A stretch of DNA of 61,391 bases, counting the filler. It is 6 parts of 6 records of this genome, joined end to end, with 100 filler letters (N's around TTAATTAATTAA, not from the genome) between each part and the next. Parts side by side here need not be neighbours in the genome. Positions count along the whole stretch, not along the records: positions 33,037 to 41,442 come from SRR22947727_3518; positions 41,543 to 52,559 come from SRR22947727_3524; 4 more parts are not named here. The stretch is one strand, 5' to 3'. Positions 41,143-49,594 of this stretch are shown piece after piece; position 1 is the stretch's first letter, and the number at the start of each line of letters is the position of its first letter. The position numbers and the translations under genes are program-made. The notes under the pieces were generated by a model, which did not search any database, had not been told where the DNA came from, and saw only the letters and a program-made list of their open reading frames with translations.

Positions 41143-41442
41143 TCATTCGAATTCATGTCTTTTCCATAAATTGTCTAGATGTCTGACCATTAAAAAATCA
41201 TAATTTTCGGGTTTTGGTTTCATTAGCTTTAATACTTCAATCAACCTACCACTTGCAGCCTGTTCTAGTGGTCCACATAATTCATAACGTGCTTTCCAAT
41301 TCCTTTTTGACCAGTGTCTTAATACTTTTAGTGCCTGTACCTTACTTAAAAAAAAGCATCCTGAATGAGGATTTGTTGCTCTGTATAATCCCTTTCTTCC
41401 TGTTGGCCAATTTACATATATAGTTTCTTTTGTGTCCCAGAA
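41143..41442 (-). CDS. Conserved cyanobacterial hypothetical protein, 3' fragment (not in ORF track)
   Basis: 100-codon open frame from contig end: ...ATNPHSGCFFLSKVQ...CGPLEQAASG...MKPKPENYDFLMVRHLDNLW...*. Confidence 0.65.
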   Translation of the reverse strand, partial: FWDTKETIYVNWPTGRKGLYRATNPHSGCFFLSKVQALKVLRHWSKRNWKARYELCGPLEQAASGRLIEVLKLMKPKPENYDFLMVRHLDNLWKRHEFE

Positions 41443-41542
41443 NNNNNNNNNNNNNNNNNNNNNNNNNNNNNNNNNNNNNNNNNNNNTTAATTAATTAANN
41501 NNNNNNNNNNNNNNNNNNNNNNNNNNNNNNNNNNNNNNNNNN
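41443..41542. other. Artificial contig linker
   Basis: N run with TTAATTAATTAA. Confidence 0.98.
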
Positions 41543-41582
41543 AGGGTATGTTCGATGAACCAACCCTATTGGTTCGTGAAAC
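41543..41582. repeat. REP-like palindromic repeat
   Basis: AGGGTATGTTCGATGAACCAACCCT is 22/25 identical to 52535-52559. Confidence 0.65.
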
Positions 41583-41600
41583 CTCAACTTTTCGGATTCA

Positions 41601-41622
41601 AGCTTCCAGCTTCTAACTCCTA
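41601..41622. repeat. Heptamer-repeat arm upstream of nuoI
   Basis: AGCTTCCAGCTTCTAACTCCT is 20/21 identical to 42573-42593. Confidence 0.75.
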
Positions 41623-41635
41623 GATTCTTTTTTAA

Positions 41636-42166
41636 ATGGCCATCGTCGTAAAACGTCCAAAACTCAAATGGTGGGAGCACTTGTATCTCCCAGCCTTGTT
41701 CGGTGGCATGCGCATTACGCTGGCTCACTTCATCAAGAATTTTCGCGGTAAAGGCGATCATGCGATGCAGTATCCAGAGGAGCGTTGGGATGACCATCTT
41801 CCTGAATATTATCGGGGAGCCCCCGCTCTCGTCACGGATGTTCAAAACCGCGAACGCTGCGTGGCATGTCAGCTCTGTGAGTTTATCTGCCCGCCACGTG
41901 CCATTACAATCATTCCGGAAGAAATTCCAAGTGATGACAAGTGGGCAAAGGTTGAGAAGCGACCTAAGAAATTTGAAATCGATATGATCCGCTGCATTTA
42001 CTGCGGGCTTTGTGAAGAGGTCTGCCCGGAGCAGGCAATCTACCTTCGTCAGGACTATTCCATCACTGGTGAAAGCCGCGAAGAGATGGTCCATGACAAA
42101 AAACGGCTTTACGAAATCGGCGGCGTCCGCGACGGACTCGTTAACAAGTGGAATGACCTTAAGTAG
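41636..42166 (+). CDS. nuoI: NADH-quinone oxidoreductase subunit I
   Basis: QYPEE, CVACQLCEFICP and CIYCGLCEEVCP 2x[4Fe-4S] motifs. Confidence 0.95.
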   Translation: MAIVVKRPKLKWWEHLYLPALFGGMRITLAHFIKNFRGKGDHAMQYPEERWDDHLPEYYRGAPALVTDVQNRERCVACQLCEFICPPRAITIIPEEIPSDDKWAKVEKRPKKFEIDMIRCIYCGLCEEVCPEQAIYLRQDYSITGESREEMVHDKKRLYEIGGVRDGLVNKWNDLK

Positions 42167-42198
42167 GAGTTAGAAGCTTGGAGCTAGTAGCTGGAATT
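42165..42198. repeat. Left inverted arm (AGRAGCT heptamers) of four-helix-bundle cassette
   Basis: AGGAGTT AGAAGCT TGGAGCT AGTAGCT GGAATT; reverse complement of 42560-42593 at 29/34. Confidence 0.8.
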
Positions 42199-42208
42199 TT
42201 TTGATGAA

Positions 42209-42574
42209 ATGTCTGATCCCGCAAAGAGCTTTGAAGATTTAATTGTATGGCAAAAAGCACACCAGTTTGTTTTATCAGTTTACGGAATCTCGAAACAGCT
42301 TCCAAAAGAGGAAGCATACGGACTGACATCTCAGATCAGGAGAGCTGCAGTTTCAATTCCTTCAAACATTGCGGAAGGCTTTCATCGCCGTGGAAAGCCG
42401 GACAAACTCAAATTTTTCAACTATTCTCAGGCTTCTTTGGAAGAAGTTCGATACCAACTCATTCTTGCGCGAGACCTAAATTACGCCGATACAAATCCGA
42501 TTCTAGAACAGGCCTCATAAGTTGGGCGGCTTTTAACTTCTTACGCAAACGCAATCCGGAATTCCAGCTCGTAG
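42209..42574 (+). pseudogene. Four helix bundle protein (23S rRNA IVP / bAvd-like family) with internal TAA at 42518-42520
   Basis: FEDLIVWQKAH, LPKEEAYGLTSQIRRAAVSIPSNIAEG, SLEEVRYQL; frame continues VGRLLTSYANAIRNSSS* after the stop. Confidence 0.8.
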
Positions 42575-42593
42575 CTTCCAGCTTCTAGCTCCT
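42560..42593. repeat. Right inverted arm of four-helix-bundle cassette
   Basis: AATTCC AGCTCGT AGCTTCC AGCTTCT AGCTCCT. Confidence 0.8.
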
Positions 42594-42603
42594 TCTTCCC
42601 CAA

Positions 42604-43104
42604 ATGACATTCTTGTTTTACATATTTGCAGCAATTGCAGTGATCGGTGGGATCGGCGTCGTGGTTTATAAGAACCCGGTTTCGTCCGCATTTGCGATGA
42701 TTTTGTCTTTCCTCGGATTGGCAGCGATCTTCATTCAGCTCGACGCTTATCTCGTCGGCATTCTTCAAATCCTCGTCTACGCCGGAGCCATCATGGTGCT
42801 TTTCCTGTTCATCATCATGCTGATGGATGTAAAGGAAGAGGAAGGAAAAACGTTTAAATTTGGTGCGATTGTCGGAGCCGTTCTGGTTGTCGGCGGATTC
42901 ACCGGAGCGCTTGTGAAGGTTTTGATGGAGTCAAAAATCGGTAACGAAACGATTCCAGCTCTGGCGGAAGGCGGCAAAAGCGATGTTCACGAAATTGGTG
43001 AGCTGTTATTCTCGACCTACTGGTTCCCGATTCAAATTATCGGGGTGCTTCTGCTGGTTGCCACGGTCGGCGTCATTCTTTTGAGTAGAAAGGAGTTGAA
43101 GTAA
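42604..43104 (+). CDS. nuoJ: NADH-quinone oxidoreductase subunit J
   Basis: NPVSSA, QILVYAGAIMVLFLFIIML, LLVATVGVILL. Confidence 0.95.
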   Translation: MTFLFYIFAAIAVIGGIGVVVYKNPVSSAFAMILSFLGLAAIFIQLDAYLVGILQILVYAGAIMVLFLFIIMLMDVKEEEGKTFKFGAIVGAVLVVGGFTGALVKVLMESKIGNETIPALAEGGKSDVHEIGELLFSTYWFPIQIIGVLLLVATVGVILLSRKELK

Positions 43105-43110
43105 TCAACG

Positions 43111-43437
43111 ATGGAAACTGGACTGACACTCAACCATTTCCTTTTTGTAAGCGGACTGCTTTTCGCAATCGGTCTTGCTGGCGTTTTACTTCGTCGCAAT
43201 CTGATCGTGATTTTCATGTGCCTCGAGCTGATGCTCAGTGCTGCGAACCTTTCATTGGTTGCGTTTTCACGCTTCAACACCACTGATGGCGTCCCTAACT
43301 ACGACGGACAAGTCCTTCTCTTTTTTATCATCACCGTGGCTGCCGCTGAGGTTGCCGTTGGCCTCGCAATCATTGTGGCACTTTTCCGCTCCCGCGAAAC
43401 CACCGACGTTTCTGACGTCACTTCGATGAAAGGATAA
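43111..43437 (+). CDS. nuoK: NADH-quinone oxidoreductase subunit K
   Basis: [27 protein letters not shown]. Confidence 0.95.
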   Translation: METGLTLNHFLFVSGLLFAIGLAGVLLRRNLIVIFMCLELMLSAANLSLVAFSRFNTTDGVPNYDGQVLLFFIITVAAAEVAVGLAIIVALFRSRETTDVSDVTSMKG

Positions 43438-43449
43438 TCATTTTTTAGA

Positions 43450-45267
43450 ATGCACGACGTAAACACTCTCGCCTGGATCATTTTGCTGCTGCCTCTTTTA
43501 GTGGCGGCCTCGATCCTATTCGGCCTGAAAAAAATGCCGGGACTCAGCGCCTTGCTTTCGACTGGATCGGTGTTGATCACGCTGGTTTGCAGCATTTTGC
43601 TTTTCAGTGCAACGGGCAAAGCTATTCCGGTTACATGGATTTCGATTTTCGAATTTAAGGTCAACATTGGCCTTCTCGTCGGCGGTGACAAAGACCCTCT
43701 CGCGAAAGGCATGATGTTCATCGTGACCTTTATCGGCACGCTGGTTCACATTTTCTCACTCGGTTACATGAAGGACGACGACGGTAAAGCGCGATACTTT
43801 GCCGGGCTTTCGATTTTCATGTTCTCCATGACAGGAATCGTCCTCGCGGATAATTTGGTGATGATGTTCATCTTCTGGGAATTGGTCGGAGTCAGCTCCT
43901 ACATTCTGATCGGCCACTGGTATAACAAGGATTCTGCCGCTGACGCCGCGAAAAAGGCTTTCCTCACTAATCGAATTGGTGATTTCGGATTTATGATCGG
44001 CATCTTGTTGGTGTGGGTGTTGACGAAACAAATCGAGTTTGCAAAATTCACCCCGGAGATTGCTGCAAACGCAGCGAAGTCACCGCTCTTCGATATCGCA
44101 ATTATCGCCATTTTCTGCGGCGCAATCGGCAAATCAGCTCAGGTGCCACTCCATGTTTGGCTTCCTGATGCAATGGAAGGCCCGACTCCAGTTTCGGCCT
44201 TGATCCACGCGGCGACAATGGTTGCGGCTGGTGTTTTCATGTTAGCGCGGGTATCAGCTTTGATCGGCGCATCCGAACTGGCGGCGACGGTCATACTCTG
44301 GACAGGGGCGATCACCGCTCTGGTTGCTGCATTGATGGCGCTTCAACAAAACGACATCAAGCGGATTCTAGCTTATTCAACGCTTTCTCAGCTTGGTTAC
44401 ATGGTCATGGCGCAAGGTATTGCCGGTCAAGGTGCTGATGCTGGAATGTTCCATCTTTACACTCACGCTTTCTTCAAGGCCCTGCTTTTCCTCGGGGCGG
44501 GTGCCATAATTTTTGGCTGCCATCACGAACAGAATATCTGGAAGATGGGTGGTCTTCGCAAAAAAATGCCATTCACGTTCTGGACTTTTGCAATCGGAAC
44601 TGCGGCCTTGATCGCTGTTCCCGGAACCAGCGGATTTTTCAGTAAAGAAGGCATTCTCCACGCCGCTCACGCAGCTGGTCACGACTTTCCTTGGGTTATC
44701 GGTTTAATCGTGGCGTTCTTGACTCCATTTTACATGACTCGCCTCTTCATCGTGACTTTCCTCGGGAAGTCTCGAACTGAAAATGCTGATCACGCCAAAG
44801 AAGTGCCGCAAATCATGTTTGTGCCGCTGGTAATTCTGGCTGTGTTGGCACTCTTTTCCGCCTACAAGCCGATTGCAAAGTTTCTTCAAGCCAAAGGATA
44901 CGCTCATGCTCCTGAAATCGATCCGACCTTCGGGTGGTCACTGTTTGGCTTGATTGCCGGTGTTGGCTTGGCGATCTGGATTTACAAAGGTCGCGAAAAG
45001 GAACGGATCAACATTCCACTTTTCGCGAATAAATTTTACATCGACGAAATCTACAACGGTCTCATCGCTATTTTCCAGGATGCGATCGCTGGCCTGCTTG
45101 ATTTTATCGACCGTTTCGTCATCGATCCAGTCGTTGCTCGCTTTCCCGCGATGACCGCTTTTACAGCCGGTTCATTCTTCCGTTTGTTCCAAGTCGGTAA
45201 TTTACAAGGCTACACCTTCCTCTTCGGGGCAGGCGTCGTCGCTCTCATTTGGTTCCTCCTTTTTTAA
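43450..45267 (+). CDS. nuoL: NADH-quinone oxidoreductase subunit L
   Basis: GKSAQVPLHVWLPDAMEGPTPVSALIHAATMV, HAFFKALLFLGAG. Confidence 0.96.
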   Translation: MHDVNTLAWIILLLPLLVAASILFGLKKMPGLSALLSTGSVLITLVCSILLFSATGKAIPVTWISIFEFKVNIGLLVGGDKDPLAKGMMFIVTFIGTLVHIFSLGYMKDDDGKARYFAGLSIFMFSMTGIVLADNLVMMFIFWELVGVSSYILIGHWYNKDSAADAAKKAFLTNRIGDFGFMIGILLVWVLTKQIEFAKFTPEIAANAAKSPLFDIAIIAIFCGAIGKSAQVPLHVWLPDAMEGPTPVSALIHAATMVAAGVFMLARVSALIGASELAATVILWTGAITALVAALMALQQNDIKRILAYSTLSQLGYMVMAQGIAGQGADAGMFHLYTHAFFKALLFLGAGAIIFGCHHEQNIWKMGGLRKKMPFTFWTFAIGTAALIAVPGTSGFFSKEGILHAAHAAGHDFPWVIGLIVAFLTPFYMTRLFIVTFLGKSRTENADHAKEVPQIMFVPLVILAVLALFSAYKPIAKFLQAKGYAHAPEIDPTFGWSLFGLIAGVGLAIWIYKGREKERINIPLFANKFYIDEIYNGLIAIFQDAIAGLLDFIDRFVIDPVVARFPAMTAFTAGSFFRLFQVGNLQGYTFLFGAGVVALIWFLLF

Positions 45268-45287
45268 ATACACTTTAGTCTGCGAAA

Positions 45288-46799
45288 ATGCCGAGCTCTC
45301 TCGAAATCCTCGTTTTTCTCCCAATCCTCGCCGCTCTGGCGATCGGGTTCGGTGCGCCTGCGCGCTTCACAGCTATCGGGGCTGCAATTATTAATTTGGG
45401 CATCGGCTTGGTGGCCGCCAAATCCTACAACGTGAACATCGAAGGTGGAGCCGTCTTCCAATTGGAGTCATCCCGCGTGTTGCTGGAAAGCCCCAAGCTC
45501 GCGTTAGCTTTTGGCGTCGATGGAATGAGCCTTATTTTGATGCTGCTAACCGTTATCGTGACACTCGCCGCAGTTTGGGCGAGCCCGGCGGAAAGCAAGA
45601 TCAAAGGAAGTCCGAAGCTGTATTACATCAGCTCGCTTCTCATTGCTGCAGGAGCGCTCGGAGCTTTCCTCTCAACGGATTTGTTCTTCCTTTACGCTTT
45701 CCACGAGCTTGCGCTCATCCCGACGTTTTTAATGATCGGAATGTATGGCCACGGCAAGAACCGGAAGCGCACTGCTTGGACCATCACGATTTACCTTGGC
45801 GTTGGCTCACTGATTTTACTCGCCGGTCTCATCGCACTTTTCGTGAATATCGGACAGAACGACACGTTCTCGATCGCTGAAATGATCGTCCGGGCGCAGG
45901 ACAGTGAAACAATGATCCCTGAGGCGACTCAAAGCTGGATCTACTTGCTGCTTCTCGTTGGTTTCGGAGTTCTCGTTTCGCTGTTCCCGTTTCATAGCTG
46001 GGCACCAGACGCCTATGCAGACGCCCCGACTCCCATCTCGATGCTCCATGCGGGTGTATTGAAAAAGTTCGGCCTCTACGGATTGATTCGGATCGCGGGC
46101 CCAATGCTTCCTGCAGGTGCTGAAAAATGGATGAATCTGGTGCTCGTCCTCCTTTTGGGGAATATCATCATCCTCGGTCTGGTTACGATTGCCCAGAAGC
46201 GACTCGATCGGATGATCGGCATGTCATCGGTCATGCACATGGGTTACGTTTTCCTCGGCGTTGTAGCCGGAGGCACCATCGGAATTTCCGGCGCGGTGCT
46301 TTTGATGTTTGCTCACGGTGTTTCAATTGCTCTTCTTTTTGCCCTCGCCGGTTCGCTTCGTGAGCGTTTCGGTTCATTGGAATTCGACAAGCTCGGTGGC
46401 GGTCTCGGCAAACTCGTTCCCAAGCTAGGCCTTCTTTTTGGCTTTGCTGCATTCGCCTCGATTGGTCTTCCCGGATTTGCCAACTTCGCAGCGGAAGTGA
46501 TGATCTTCTTCGGTGCTTTTCAACCAATGGAAGCAAATGCACCGCTCAGCTTCCTTCAGTGGGCCGCGATCATTTCGCTCTGGGGTGTTGTCATCTCAGC
46601 GGTCTATATGCTCCGCGCATTCCGTAAAATCTTTAAGGGCCCACTGACAACGACAGAGACACCGAAAGACATGTCATGGAACGAGCGCGTTCCGGCATTG
46701 CTGCTAATAGTCTCACTAATGCTCGTTGGCTTCTATCCTGAAATCCTTTTGAAATACCTCCGCCCAGCCCTTGAAAGTCTTACCTTGATTGGGAGCTGA
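45288..46799 (+). CDS. nuoM: NADH-quinone oxidoreductase subunit M
   Basis: PFHSWAPDAYADAPT, SSVMHMG, IGLPGFANFAAE. Confidence 0.94.
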   Translation: MPSSLEILVFLPILAALAIGFGAPARFTAIGAAIINLGIGLVAAKSYNVNIEGGAVFQLESSRVLLESPKLALAFGVDGMSLILMLLTVIVTLAAVWASPAESKIKGSPKLYYISSLLIAAGALGAFLSTDLFFLYAFHELALIPTFLMIGMYGHGKNRKRTAWTITIYLGVGSLILLAGLIALFVNIGQNDTFSIAEMIVRAQDSETMIPEATQSWIYLLLLVGFGVLVSLFPFHSWAPDAYADAPTPISMLHAGVLKKFGLYGLIRIAGPMLPAGAEKWMNLVLVLLLGNIIILGLVTIAQKRLDRMIGMSSVMHMGYVFLGVVAGGTIGISGAVLLMFAHGVSIALLFALAGSLRERFGSLEFDKLGGGLGKLVPKLGLLFGFAAFASIGLPGFANFAAEVMIFFGAFQPMEANAPLSFLQWAAIISLWGVVISAVYMLRAFRKIFKGPLTTTETPKDMSWNERVPALLLIVSLMLVGFYPEILLKYLRPALESLTLIGS

Positions 46800-46860
46800 T
46801 TGAACTCTATTTCGACCGAAAAGAACCAACTCTGTTGATTCATCGAACTCACTTTTTGTA

Positions 46861-48369
46861 ATGCCGGTTTATTATCTGGAAATCATCGTTGTCGTCCTCG
46901 GCCTTGTTATGCTGATGGCTGATGCGTTTGTGAAGCTGGAAGACAAGCGCAACATCGCCTGGTTCGCCGTGCTTGTTCTCTCAGTTGTCTTCCTGTTGCT
47001 TTTCAAAGTTTCGTGGCCCGAATCAACTGAAGGCAGCCCCTTTTGGAAATTCTACGATGCAGAGAAAGGCTCACGAGGATTTTCGCTTTTCTTCAAAGGA
47101 ATCGCCGTTCTCACAACGATTATCGTGCTCATCATGGCTGCAGAATTTCGCGGTGTGCTTCTGAAATACACCGCGAAGCCCGAAGACGGAGCTCACCCTC
47201 AATCGGGACTTTCTGAATTTTTCACGCTACCCGTTTTTGCCTGTGCCGGCCTTATGTGGATGGCTTCGGCAAACAATCTTGCTTCGATCTTCGTTTCACT
47301 CGAAGCAGTCACGATCACGTTTTACATCCTCGTCGCTTACATGCGTCGAAACGTGGGCTCTCTCGAAGCAGGGGTGAAATACCTGATTCTCGGTGCGCTT
47401 TCGACCGGTTTTCTCGTCTATGGCTTCACATGGCTCTTCGGTGTCACCGGAACGATGGACCTCGCTGGGATCAAAGAGCAGCTCGCTTTAGACAGTGTAA
47501 ACGTGACGGCAGCTCTCTTTGCCTTTGCGCTCATCATCGTAGCCCTTGGTTTTAAAGTCGGCGCGGCGCCATTTCAGAACTGGATTCCCGATGTTTATCA
47601 AGGTGCTCCAACTCCGATCACCGCCTTTCTTTCTGTGGCATCAAAAGCCGCCGGTTTCATCGTCTTGCTCAGAATTTCAGGATGCTTTTTCGGAAGTGGT
47701 GATCTCTCAGAAAAAGTCGGAGCCGTCTTTGTTGTTCTCGCAATCTTGACCCTGCTTTTCGGAAACCTCGCAGCGCTTCCTCAGACCAATTTCAAACGCT
47801 TGCTAGCATACTCATCGATTGCCCACGCAGGTTTCCTCCTAATGGCGCTAGCTTCTCCCATTACTTTGGTGGCAGACGGAAAGGAACCTCCGCTTTTAGA
47901 CACTTCCATCGGAGTCATTGCTTTTTACCTCGGCGCTTATTTGCTGATGACTCTGCTCGCATTCCTCGTGATGACAGCAGTCCGCAACCAGCAGGAAGAC
48001 GACTCTCTCGAAGGCTATGCCGGTTTGGCGAAACGTTCTCCATTCCTCGCTTTCTCACTGCTCGTTTCCATGGCATCACTTGCAGGAGTTCCGCTCACCG
48101 CAGGATTCTTCGGAAAATTCTTCGTCTTCAAACTCGCCATCCAAAACGGCGCGTGCGGGTGGCTGATTGCTGCCGGCGTTATTGGTGCTGCAGCAGGTTT
48201 TTACTACTACTTCAAAGTCATCGCATCGATGTTCTGGAACGCTCCTGCCGAAGGAAACAACGGCCCAATTCCCGTCTCCATGCCTGCAAAAGTGGTGATG
48301 GTGCTACTGATCATCGCTATTTTCGCAGTAGGAATCGTTCCGAATTTGATCCTCGGATTGATCAAATAA
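46861..48369 (+). CDS. nuoN: NADH-quinone oxidoreductase subunit N
   Basis: EAGVKYLILG, FKVGAAPFQNWIPDVYQGAP, KRLLAYSSIAHAG, SLAGVPLTAGFFGKF. Confidence 0.95.
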   Translation: MPVYYLEIIVVVLGLVMLMADAFVKLEDKRNIAWFAVLVLSVVFLLLFKVSWPESTEGSPFWKFYDAEKGSRGFSLFFKGIAVLTTIIVLIMAAEFRGVLLKYTAKPEDGAHPQSGLSEFFTLPVFACAGLMWMASANNLASIFVSLEAVTITFYILVAYMRRNVGSLEAGVKYLILGALSTGFLVYGFTWLFGVTGTMDLAGIKEQLALDSVNVTAALFAFALIIVALGFKVGAAPFQNWIPDVYQGAPTPITAFLSVASKAAGFIVLLRISGCFFGSGDLSEKVGAVFVVLAILTLLFGNLAALPQTNFKRLLAYSSIAHAGFLLMALASPITLVADGKEPPLLDTSIGVIAFYLGAYLLMTLLAFLVMTAVRNQQEDDSLEGYAGLAKRSPFLAFSLLVSMASLAGVPLTAGFFGKFFVFKLAIQNGACGWLIAAGVIGAAAGFYYYFKVIASMFWNAPAEGNNGPIPVSMPAKVVMVLLIIAIFAVGIVPNLILGLIK

Positions 48370-48383
48370 TCCGAAGGCATCCG

Positions 48384-48575
48384 ATGCACTTCCTGGAAAC
48401 AATCCTCGATATCATCGACTGGTTTTCCGACTGGAGATTCAATTTCTGTCTATGGGGAAGCATCATTTTGGCCATCGTGATCGGTTCTGCCATTCCAAAT
48501 GAGACAGCGCAATGGGTCGTCGGAATCGGGATCGTTTTGACTGGCGTTGTTACCGGATTAAGGTGGAAGCACTAA
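48384..48575 (+). CDS. Small two-TM hypothetical protein
   Basis: 63-aa ATG ORF after nuoN with two hydrophobic segments. Confidence 0.5.
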   Translation: MHFLETILDIIDWFSDWRFNFCLWGSIILAIVIGSAIPNETAQWVVGIGIVLTGVVTGLRWKH

Positions 48576-48590
48576 TTAAAACGGTGCCCA

Positions 48591-49529
48591 TCACTCAAAC
48601 ATCTCGCTGATCAACACCTCGCGCTTTTCTTCAAGCGAACGCTTCCCGGCTTCCAACGCAGCGATCAGTTCAACCTCCTGCTCCAGTGGATAAGGTTCTT
48701 TGCCGGTTTTTACGTAATCGAGAAACTCCACGAGCAAATACCGATATAGATTTTTGAGATCCGGTGTCACCGTTTTCCATCCCTTTTTGCCATAAAGGCT
48801 TATCTGATATCCAGATCTCATCGTGTCCCGGTCGCCAACCAAGAGCAAGACATCGCGGTCGTCTTCGAATCGAATACGGACAATATTCATCCCTTCTTTT
48901 CCCACGTTCACCGCAGAAATCGCACCTCCACCAAGCACTGAATACGCCATCGAGAGCGCGTGAATTCCGTAATAAACCAATTCGTTTCCGCAAATAACCT
49001 GAGAAACGGGAACCGGCCCGATCTTTTCAACCTCATCACGCAACGCCACAATATCCGGTACAAAACGAAGCGAGCTGGATGACATAAACGGCGTTCCAGT
49101 TTCATGCGCGAGATCTGCGACCGCCTTGGCTTGCTTGGCCGTCATCGAGAGCGGCTTATCACAAAACGTAGGAATCCCCTTTCGCAAAGGAGCCTCGGCA
49201 TATTTCGACTGCTCACCGGAACCATCATCAACAATGATGCAGACATCCACATCATCTGAACATTCTTCCGGCATATCCGTAACCATTGGAATGTCGCAAG
49301 CTTTCGCAAGGCGCTCGGCCCACGCTTTATCCCGATCCCAAACCTTAACGACTTTCGCGCCCTCAATTCGCTCTTGGGCGCGAACGAAAGTCCATTCGTG
49401 CTTTTTTACTTCAGCTTCATCAAATCCATTAAACGTGGAAGCAAACGCGGTTCCGTGATGCGAGCCATTGCGAACTGGCTGATCAAGGTAACGATAGGTG
49501 GCGGCGGAAATAAGACCAATGCGAGTCAT
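48591..49529 (-). CDS. Gfo/Idh/MocA-family oxidoreductase
   Basis: GIPTFCDKPL, SSSSLRF, YYGIHAL. Confidence 0.82.
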   Translation of the reverse strand: MTRIGLISAATYRYLDQPVRNGSHHGTAFASTFNGFDEAEVKKHEWTFVRAQERIEGAKVVKVWDRDKAWAERLAKACDIPMVTDMPEECSDDVDVCIIVDDGSGEQSKYAEAPLRKGIPTFCDKPLSMTAKQAKAVADLAHETGTPFMSSSSLRFVPDIVALRDEVEKIGPVPVSQVICGNELVYYGIHALSMAYSVLGGGAISAVNVGKEGMNIVRIRFEDDRDVLLLVGDRDTMRSGYQISLYGKKGWKTVTPDLKNLYRYLLVEFLDYVKTGKEPYPLEQEVELIAALEAGKRSLEEKREVLISEMFE

Positions 49530-49594
49530 AGCTTCAAAAATAGGAGATTCATTGCGGACTTGCCGATTCTTTTTTCACCTGAAACACTTACCCC

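Noticed and set aside
41214-41423. 69-aa plus-strand hydrophobic ORF
   Set aside because: The opposite strand carries a more convincing motif-bearing frame (41143-41442).
42209-42574. Diversity-generating retroelement (Avd-like gene) acting on the phage tail fibres
   Set aside because: No reverse transcriptase or TR/VR pair was seen, and the fibre genes are on a different contig.
41543-42600. CRISPR array or IS element
   Set aside because: No regularly spaced repeats with unique spacers, no cas genes, no transposase, and no clear target-site duplication.
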